From Ramazzottius varieornatus (lineage: Eukaryota > Animalia > Tardigrada), in NCBI GenBank assembly GCA_001949185.1, contig BDGG01000027.1, positions 7,915-71,914 on the forward strand: a DNA stretch of 64,000 nucleotides. The letters are read 5' to 3'. Made by a program: the position numbers and the translations under genes. Below, piece by piece: positions 1 to 12,815 of this stretch; the stretch's first letter is position 1, and every line of letters begins with the position of its first letter. Under the pieces are notes generated by a model, which saw only the letters and a program-made list of their open reading frames with translations, was not told where the DNA came from and made no database searches.

Positions 1-1959
1 AACCCCATGATTGTCTTTTTCGCGCCCGTGCTAGTGCCGCTCTTGGCCGATCCGCCCTTCTTATCAGTTCTCGGTGCGCCAGTTTGCTGTGCAGTCGTAT
101 CGGCGTGTTGTTGCAGCAGCTCCGCTCCCGCCTTGGCCAGCTGATCGGTATTTGGGCGAGGAAGCCTGTCGGCTGGTTGGTCTTCCCTCACTTGCATTTC
201 ACCGGGGACCCTCCTGGGTGATCGAGGTGGTGTCCGCGTTTCATGGTCGCTGCCTACATGCTCAAAATCCGAGGTGCGACCAGTGACGACTTTTTCCGGG
301 AGAAATGTTCTTTGAGCAATATCATCCACGGCCCGTTCGGCGCTTCTCAGGTGGAAAGCGCGGCGTTCTTCCGTCACGTGAACATCTCCCACCTGTCTGT
401 CGATAATCTCCCGTTTTTCTTCCATCCCGCTAGATATAGTTTAAGCGTCTAGATCGGATTATGCAGTCAACCTGCAACATGCGATCATAACACCGGCATT
501 AATCGTGCAAGACAACCGTCTAGCGCGCGTACAGGAATGTTTTGTTGCTGGCTACATACCTTCCGGCAGCAGAAGTGGGTTTTTCCACATGCGGGAGATG
601 TCGAACGGGTTGACTACAAGTACTGTGGAAAGACACAGAGCTTGGAGCGATTCACAGGGTAAGCCAGGTTCTGTCATCTCTTAGGGTTTAAGTTTGAACC
701 TGTTTTGAATTTTCTTCACTGATGTATTCATCTAGCAAGTTGCAAATCAGCTGAGTGAGCTGACTATTATATCGACGAATTTTTCGCGTACGACCTGTGA
801 CGGTGCGACCTGAGCCGGGGACCGATCAGGATCAGGAAGCGTCTTTGTTTGTAAACTGAAGGCTGCGCTGATTGGCTCATATACTGCCAACCTGATCGTT
901 TCACTCCCTGAACGGTCCGGACTTAACAGGAAAAGTTGGGAAACATCAATTTTGGCTGATTTGTTTTTGCGCCCCCCCCCTCCTGAGTGCCCGATCAGGC
1001 TAGCTTTTAACTCACTTCTTGGCATCCAAACTTTCAGAGGCATGCAAGTCTCGCCCTGCTTCGCTTTCTTGCCTTCATTTCGCTAGCAGATATCGGCCTA
1101 ACTACCTGCTACCATCCTGCGCTCACATACAGAAGAAAGACTTCTCCAGGATATCTTGTAGATTTGTGGAGGAGACTTGCTCCGTGATCAAGGCTCGTCG
1201 TTTAAAGATGATCTGCTTTATCGAGCTGAAGTGCTGAACTTCTCATCTGCTGATTCTGCTACTAATGGGCAAGGTTCCTCAAAAGTCTGGGGTCATAGCG
1301 TAGAGGTACAGCTGATGAAATTTGAGAAGGGCAAGGGAAGGTTTCGGGTTTTTCTTGAAACTTCTCGGCCTCCACATTGGGCTACCCTGCCCCCTGCTTA
1401 AATTTCCTCGACTATGCCTCTACGCCGTGACCCCAGGCTTCTGAGGAACTTTGCCCAGACAGTCCAGACTCCAGATATCCTTGTCGACGAGCCAAACTCT
1501 TCAGTCAGTGTCTAGTGAGTCATTTTCACCCGCAGCGGAGGAAGCAGAGCCTGAGGTAATTCGGCAAAAATCGGAAGAGGCGAGGTCTCGACGGCTAACC
1601 ATCGGCTAGTGATGTTCTAATAATATGGGATAATGACATCCAATTCTGTAGCGCTAAAAAATTATCGCGCGCTGAATCTGATCGCACCGGGCACGTTATC
1701 GCTGCCCTGTGCGATCAGATGTTATCAGTTTAGCCTCGTAAGTAGTGCTGAGATGAATACGATAAAATACCATATGATATTTTCTGATAGATATATGTCA
1801 ATATTTATATTTTGTTTTAGATATCAACCAAGTATCGATATTTCGATATGATACGTTTCTGATATTTTATTGTTGATATATCGAATTTTATTGCAGTGAT
1901 AAATCGATATATCAAGCCAGTACCATGCTGAAAACTATCGAAATCAAGAAAGAGCCTAA

Positions 1960-4292
1960 GGTCAGTACTATACTCGGGTCAGGAAGCTAGGTTTCCGTCG
2001 CGACCTAGTCACGGTTGAGCTAATTTTCTGTTGAGCGAAAGATCGGAATTCGAAGGTAGCGACCTAAGCAGAAACAAGCACAAGTACCTGTCTTCGCTAC
2101 TCGAATTCCGTTGTTCCGAGTATACTACGACACTTGTGCCAGCATAGTTTTGCTGTTCCGCTGTCAATAAATCCCGCTTTAATTTTTGATCTCCTGTTTC
2201 GCTGAAGTTATTTCATCGCTTATCCTTGAAAAGTTATCGTTCTTTTGAAATGGATTCTAGATCTGCTGTTACTGCTTTACTGTTGAATTGTCGGTTACGT
2301 TTGTTCAGATTACAACAACGCAAAGTGGCGCTCAAGCGACAACAATGCTTATCCCTTCTTTCTCGTCAACGGAAGGCAAGAAGATGGTATGTCCGTCCCG
2401 TTAACGTAAATAGGGGAGAATCTGGAGAGTACATGAGAAGAGTGAAAACCTTCGCAGAGGACATGGAATACTACAAGGAATATTTCCGGATGTCCGAGCC
2501 ATTGTTCAAGATGCTGCTAAAGCTAGTCACACCGTTGATAACTCATCAGTCAACGCATATACAGCCCATCACAGCTGAAGAACGACTCGTTCTGACTTTA
2601 AGGTAAAAGCAAGTAATATTTGTATTCCTTAATCTGGTATATAGAATGGGAGAGTTATAACGAGCAGATGTTCTTCCAGAATTCTTGGAACGGGTATCAC
2701 GCAGACTGCAGCAGCCCATTCATTTGCTGTATCTCAAACAACGATCAGCAAAATTTTCAAAGAAACAACGAAGGCCATATACGATGCTCTGAAAGATGTC
2801 TACATAGGTGAACCAAGCAAGGAGAGATGGAAGCAGAACGCTGAGAAATTCGAGGCCATGTGGAACTTTCCTAATTGCGTCGGCGCCATTGACGGGAAAC
2901 ATGTCCAGATCAAGGTAAAACTATGTTTGAGATTATGCGCCTTTCTCCGTGTGAACTTTTTACGGTTGTAAACTTTTTGCAGAAACCAAGAAATGGTGGG
3001 AGTAAGTGGATCAACTACAAGGGAACACACTCAGTCGTTCTTATGGCTGTGGCGGGAGCGGACTACACATTTGAGTATGTGGACGTTGGTGGGTTTGGAC
3101 GTTGGTGGGTTTGGACGGCAAAGCGACGGTGGAACGTGGCAGAACTGTACTCTGGGCCGAGCTCTGAACGACGGGGAGTTGGTTCTACCTCCTTCTAGAA
3201 AGCCGAACAGTGTTCGAAGCTACCGTACGTGTTCGTGGCCGATGTTGCATTCCCCATGTCCGAAAATTTACTGCGACCATCCCCAGGATACGCTTCGTCG
3301 AGTTTAGGCAGCCATGAACGCATCTTCAACTACAGGTTCGATATTTTGTACGTAGCGGTGTTCAATTGACCTGAATATTTTATATATATTATAACCTGCA
3401 GATTGTCAAGGGCTCGTTCGGCATCCTTGCGGCAAAATGGGGAATCTCCAATGGACCAATCGATCTGGAACCTATGCAGGTCATCTGCCTCACCCTAGCA
3501 TGCTGCGCGCTGCATAAGTTTTTGATAAAAGAAAATGTGAAGAACGACGAGAGCTACATCCGCCCAACCTTGGTGGACAGCGAGGCTCCTGACGGTAGCA
3601 TTGTACCTGGTTCCTGGCGTAAGACGATGCCTGCAAGTATGATTCCTCTCAAACTAAGCGGAAAAAAGACTGGAGGTGCTGCTATCAGAACAAGAGAAGA
3701 TTTTTCTGAATTCTTTAATTCTCATGGAAGCGTACCGTGGCAAGAAAACATTGCATTTGGTACATTAAAGAAATGAGAATATTGCTGCTTTAAAGCTGTT
3801 TACATAAACGCTGGTGATGTAGAAACTTCTATAAAACCGTAAAGTCTTGAATGGTGCTGTCAAAGTTGCGCTCTTCAGTGGAAATGGGCGTGCTAGGACG
3901 GTAAGGGAAACCGAATCCCGTTGCTTTCTCGTACAGAAAGACTGCCACCGCTTGGTCAATCTTCTGTCCGAGGGTTGAACGACCAGCTGCATCTTGATTC
4001 AGCAACGTTGCCGTTATCTAGGAGCCTATGACGTAACTAAAATCAATAGATGGCAGTGATAACGTTGATAGGCTTTCAGCTAAATATTGCAAGCTCAGAG
4101 CTTTCTATTCGTGTTCCAGGGCTTGTTCCAGTCGTTTGGAGCTTGTGCCGAATCTCCCTCAACGCTTAACGCAAGGGGTAGTATACTCCGCTCACGGAAC
4201 AAGGCTAGGTCGCTACCCAAGTATAATAGCCTTTGAGCTAATTCTGGAACAAAACTAGCTCGGACCCTCCCGACCCGAGTATAGTAATGCTC
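1960..4292 (+). mobile_element. PIF/Harbinger DNA transposon (defective)
   Basis: 21-bp TIRs (GGTCAGTACTATACTCGGGTC vs reverse complement GAGCATTACTATACTCGGGTC). TAA target duplication at 1957-1959 and 4293-4295. Internal HARBI1-like transposase. Confidence 0.92.
2250..3776 (+). pseudogene. Spliced PIF/Harbinger (HARBI1/DDE_Tnp_4-like) transposase, frameshifted
   Basis: Motifs YFRMS, EERLVLTLR, WNFPNCVGAIDGKHV, NYKGTHSVVLMAV, DVGGFGRQSDGG, PYVFVADVAFP, IFNYRLSRAR, FGILAAKW. Lesions: a 16-bp tandem duplication at 3080-3111, a second frameshift near 3215, and deletion of the catalytic Glu segment near 3415. Confidence 0.9.
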
Positions 4293-5594
4293 TAAGAAAA
4301 ACCAAACGGCTGTCGTTCACTACGTTCGAGTCAGAACAAAAGTCAGATGTCTTCGTGCACGCGAGTGTGTTCGTTGCTCAATCTATCAATGTCTGTCGTT
4401 ACGCATCTAGGTACGCTAACTACTCACTTCTCCGAAGTCAGCTTGGATGCATGTGCGCGACACATTACGGGCGAGGCTGCGCTGCCTGTGCGGTACCGAA
4501 CCGGAGTACTGACTTCCGAAACTCCGATTCTCAAGTGCGGGTTTGCGATTTAATATATCAATATAAAGCGATATGATATTTTCAATTGTCATATTCCGCT
4601 TAGCGATATTCCGTCCATATCGATATTTTGATATGATATTTTTGTCATATCGAATCACTGTGATGTGATTCATTTCGATGAGAGACGATATATCATATTT
4701 ATCCCAGCACAACTCGCAGGCTCTCACCCGGGCATCATTTACTGTTCACGTGGTTGAGTGCGCGATAATTTGGTAGCACCACAGTACAATAAAAATAGAT
4801 ATCAGCCGTCCACCGAGGTCTTACCAATTTGGAATTACTATAATAGAGCACTTACTATAGTACCTCCGCCTGACCTAATAAAATATCACAATAGTAGCAC
4901 TCCAGTGAGTTTGGTGTTAAAATATACTTTAATATTGGGGAACTCAACGGCAGGTCGTGGCACCCAGTCTCATAACCATCCTCATCAGCAGAAGACTCTG
5001 CTAAATATTCGCCCGAAGACCGTATGATGTTTGACCTGACGCTGACAAGCTGATAGTACTTTTCAAAAAACGGAAAAGGACAGACGAGAAAATTGTCGTG
5101 TGCACCACCAGTGCCCGTACTAGATTTTGCATCCTACACCTGCACTCTGTGACATGGCAGGTTGCTGTGCCACACCGTATGTAGGTGCATGATGTAATGC
5201 ATCCACGATAGCCCTACTGTACGCGTGTAGGGCCATCGTTGGGATGTTGTGCACTTTGCGAGGCGTGGTCGCAGACCACATAACTGGCGAACACGCGCCA
5301 AATTCAACAGATCATCCGCTTTTTCGGAGCAACGGCAGCGTTAATCTCATTAAGATATATTTTAATACGGATGATGGACATCTTAATAATAATAGAATAA
5401 AATATCAGACCTCAGTTTCAAACCACTAAAATATTACTATTGAGTTCCCGTGCCCAAATCCGTTTACTAAATATTAATATATAGAGTAGATACTAAAACC
5501 ATCTACTATCATCTACTTTGATAAAATATTACTATAATAGAACATCGCTACCATGGGCTATGACGCTCGATCAGACGAATATGAGCATCTCATT

Positions 5595-6048
5595 CAATGA
5601 TGAGCATTATATTTTACATTACGTAACATTTTACATTACAATTACACTTTTACACGACATTACAACCACGGGGAAGTTGTAATGTAAACGTAAGATGTAA
5701 TTACAACTTTTACCTGCCAGAATCTGTGGTATTATTGAGTATTTTGTCGCCAGAAATCTCAACTTCGGCTGACTTACGCGGAAAAATGTCAGAAACTTCC
5801 TGAATATGGTCATTTTGCAACCGTATTTTTATCTTTGTCTGGAAGACAATTACTAAAATCTGTCTTCTATGCGAACATAGACATAGCTGGGTCGTCGTTT
5901 TTGTCGCTCCTTGTTACTTTTAGCCGTTACAAACCGCTCGGTCTGTGAAATGTAAACTAGTGTAAAATATAATTACACTTGTACAATCACACTAGTTTAC
6001 ATTACACTTTACATTACACGGATCATCTGTGTGTAATGCTCATCATTA
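5595..6048. mobile_element. hAT-type MITE with TTACA/TGTAA subterminal repeats
   Basis: Perfect 14-bp IR AATGATGAGCATTA (5596-5609 / 6034-6047). 8-bp flanks ATCTCATT / ATCCCACT (6/8). Confidence 0.75.
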
Positions 6049-6264
6049 ATCCCACTCGAGGTAGGACCGTAGGAGTCCTCTTTTCGTCTCTTGTGAGTCT
6101 CTCCAGCTAGACCTAGGAGAATGGCGTTTGTTGGGGAAATACGAGGTGACCGACGTCGAGGAACGAGAAGACATCCAGGTGAGACAGCAGCGGGAGCGCC
6201 GGAGGGGTCCACAGTCCACACGAAGTTATCAGCTGAATTTCTGACGAGGAACTGCGAACTGCGC

Positions 6265-6699
6265 TAGAGCACTGGGCCGAAGGTCGAAAGTACCCTGCAA
6301 CTGTGCTGCGCACATTACCAGGGCGCTGTACGCTGCGCTGTGCTGCACAACTTTCATGCCCAGTGGCTAAGCAGCTGTGCTGCAGATGCGCGTTGACCTC
6401 GTACAACTGCGCGGAACGCCAATGTATTGACGTGGTTTGTAATTCAGTCACTGAAATCGGTAGTCAACCTGGAGAACGTTGCCCTGAAGTACGGCAAAGC
6501 TGAGACGGCTGACGTTCGAATGCCCAAAAACTGTAATTTTCGTCAGGTTTCGGTAGGTGCATCTGTGCGGTAGTCTATGGCTTTCTGCTGTATGCTGTGC
6601 TGTGCCGCACAAATTTCGTTAGTTCACGCGCTGTAGCTGTGCTGCAGCACAGCATAGCTGCAGTACAGTGCGGCGCATGCGGCCAGATTCCGTGCTCTA
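6265..6699. mobile_element. hAT-type MITE with GCTGTGC/GCAGC subterminal repeats
   Basis: Ends TAGAGCAC...GTGCTCTA. Perfect 8-bp target duplication AACTGCGC (6257-6264, 6700-6707). Confidence 0.85.
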
Positions 6700-6992
6700 A
6701 ACTGCGCAACCTGCTCCGCCAAACTGGCTCCGCTACGCATCAGGAAACACGATCCGCACTGAGCGATCAGGCTGATTGCTTGATGGCTGATCGGTCGTTT
6801 TCGGCAGTATACTGAGTGTGACGTCACTACCAAAGTACATTCGATTTTGATTCTTGATTGCGTCAAGCACAAACCCCGTCAGCTCTGCTGTGAGCTGTTC
6901 ATTTTTCACGCCCTTCCGGTGTCTTCCGCTGCTTTTTGTGCCCGCCGCTGCGGCGTCTCATCTTTTCGACTGACTCCCACTGCTGTATCAGG

Positions 6993-10548
<3,556 letters not shown>

Positions 10549-10932
10549 CTTGGTTGATCAAGGTTGTAGAGTTTCTCCATCTTGTGAAAATCATTTTTGG
10601 TTCTGTACTGTATTTCGAAACTGACTTCCTAACAACGCTTTACCCGTGGTCAGGTTTTTCTGAGTTTCCTTTCTCGTCATCAGTTTGTCCACAGCGATCG
10701 TCATGCTGTTTCAAAGCTATTCCAAGCTTGATATTATCGTACGTATGTGTCGGTTGTAGATGAACGGAAAGTCTGCCGAAACTTTGAAATTGTGATGGGT
10801 TGATCGAGGCGACTTTACCTCTTTGACGATAGCATTCACGGCTCGTTGAGAACGGCACGGAAATCTGCGAAGCCTCGTACGAGTGGTGTTCAACGTTACA
10901 AGTTACAATTAGGATCCAGCCAAAACATATGA

Positions 10933-11404
10933 ATTTCGACGGCTGAATTCCGTAACGATGTTTTTTGCTTCCGAACGACCCTTTTCTGACATCACGTTGT
11001 TGCGGATATCCAGGGTCATTGCTTGGTCAGTTTGCCGTACTCGCCGTGGCTCAAAGTCTCAAGGAACTGTTCGCCCTTCTGGGAAGATTTTCCCGAAAAT
11101 TCTGGGGGTAATCACCAGCTGAGCTAGCCTCACACTAGGGTTTTGAGTCCCGACAGGTGCAGGTGCATTCTCATGCTGTATGACTTCACTTTGACGTCAA
11201 TTTCGAACCCCTTCAGAATTTTCTGACACAGCCACCTGACCACTGGCCAGACGGCCAGATGAACCCCAGCATCGTGTTCCTCGATGTCTGTTACACCTGA
11301 CTGCATCACCAGTTCAACTTTGCCCTTTGGGTCCCCAAACTTTGAACTCGTTTCCTTAAGAATTTGCCCACTGATCGATCGTCATGGAATTCGGCCGCCG
11401 AAAT
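10933..11404. mobile_element. Putative MITE
   Basis: 27-bp inverted repeat ATTTCGACGGCTGAATTCCGTAACGAT vs ATTTCGGCGGCCGAATTCCATGACGAT (23/27). No clean target duplication. Confidence 0.5.
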
Positions 11405-12815
11405 AAACTGAAAAAATAACTACGGACTGAAATAAGTTCAAACAAGTTTTTCAAACCAAACAGTGGTCCATCCGGAATATCGTTATCTTTACCGTCGCCG
11501 CTTGTTGCGCTTCTTCCAGCCGGTCTACCTCTTGCTGTCCCTCCCCGAGAAGACGTTTAGTTAGGGTTCCATCGGCGAACCATCGTCTCCTGATCCGTTT
11601 AGCAGCTTCTTGCCACAGACCCATAGAAACTACAGACGAATGGATGAATGATTCTAAGGTGCTCTGGAATCTGAACGGAAAAATGAGAGAGCAGAGATTA
11701 TCGAAAAATCGAAACTGCGCAAGTCTAGATTTCTAGAACCAGATATGGCACAGTATACTATCGCACTGAAGAATGAATTTCTAGGATAGTCCGGGATTTG
11801 TGCTCTTGGACGATCTTAGGGATCGCGGGCTCTGGTAAATTCGGCGGCAAATGGGTTGCAGCCAAGTTGCAGGACATGGCTTCGGATAAATTTTCGCAGG
11901 GCTTTAGCTGCCGACTTTTCCAGAGGCTGCGGTCGATCCCTGGAGGAGCTACGGTTTACTAGCTCGTGCCTTAGAGTCCCCATTACTTGGCTTGCTCAGT
12001 AATGTATGTGAAGCCTTTATTTCCTTGCTTACAAGGGATTTACGCCAGTCCTGCCGCGCCGATTCTTAGACCGCTGTGGCGGGCGGATAGAGGACAATTT
12101 GCTCTGTTTTCACGATAGATTACCAGCCCGAAATGGAAGACGTCACAGGTTTCGGAAGTGATGTTCCACCGACCGCCGCAGTGTGCCGCGATGACGTACA
12201 GGATGTAGCTTCGAAAATGGAGCAAACTCTCCTATATCCATCTGTCACAGCGGTTCGAATCGGTGCATCAGGACTTGCGTAAATCTCTCGTTAGTACGTG
12301 TTTCCAGGTCAGAGGGGTGTGTTGCTCCATGTTCTGCCCAGTGCCTATTTCTGTTTCTTTATTATAGTTTGGTTTCACTTCCTGGAGTGTTCCAGGGTTA
12401 ATTCTTGCTCCTGTTCAGTGATATTATCCCACAGAATCTGTTATTCTAACCCTTACCAACGCTTATTCGGATCTCATCGATAATGAACCCAGTTTTATTC
12501 CTCCATGTAAAACTATCGTGACACAACGACTCCGTCTCCTTGTGCCCAGCGAAAGGCCTCTGACTATTCGCTGGTTGGTTACCCTTAACGGTCTTCCAAC
12601 AAGCGGTAACCTACTTCTACTTTGTGACGTCACAAAGACTGACTTCGGAAATGGATTGATTGATGAGTAACGTCTGTATTGATTTGCCACAGCTTTGAAT
12701 TTTCGATTTTCCTCCATTTTCCAACTGGAGAATCTCGAGGCCTCCGGGGTCTTCGGAGTTAGAACAATCATCTCGTACCTGTTGTGCCTGGAAGTCCGAA
12801 GCTTGAACCCTTGCT

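Larger units (their letters stand above)
1743..4712. mobile_element. hAT-type MITE with GATAT-rich subterminal repeats, interrupted by the Harbinger element
   Basis: TIR GTGCTGAGATGAATACGATA vs GTGCTGGGATAAATATGATA (17/20). 8-bp flanks CTCGTAAG / CTCGCAGG (6/8). Dense GATAT/ATATC motifs at 1760-1920 and 4550-4700. Confidence 0.7.
1646..4784. mobile_element. Outer MITE (TA-target type), host of nested insertions
   Basis: Left end CTGTAGCGCTAAAAAATTATCGCGCGCTGAAT matches the reverse complement of the right end (CTGTGGTGCTACCAAATTATCGCGCACTCAAC) at 25/32. TA follows the right end; the left flank is TT. Confidence 0.6.

Noticed and set aside
1-1600. Coding-like fragments with possible splice sites
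   Set aside because: The frames are interrupted and no recognisable domain was found. It may be a decayed gene or TE, but I cannot support a call.
4790-5560. AT-rich ACTAT/ATAAT-tiled segments resembling another hAT MITE
   Set aside because: I could not identify matching TIRs or a TSD.
11300-11630. Small two-exon minus-strand ORF (MGLWQEAAKRIRRRW...)
   Set aside because: It is short, has no recognisable motif, and its second exon would begin inside a MITE terminus.
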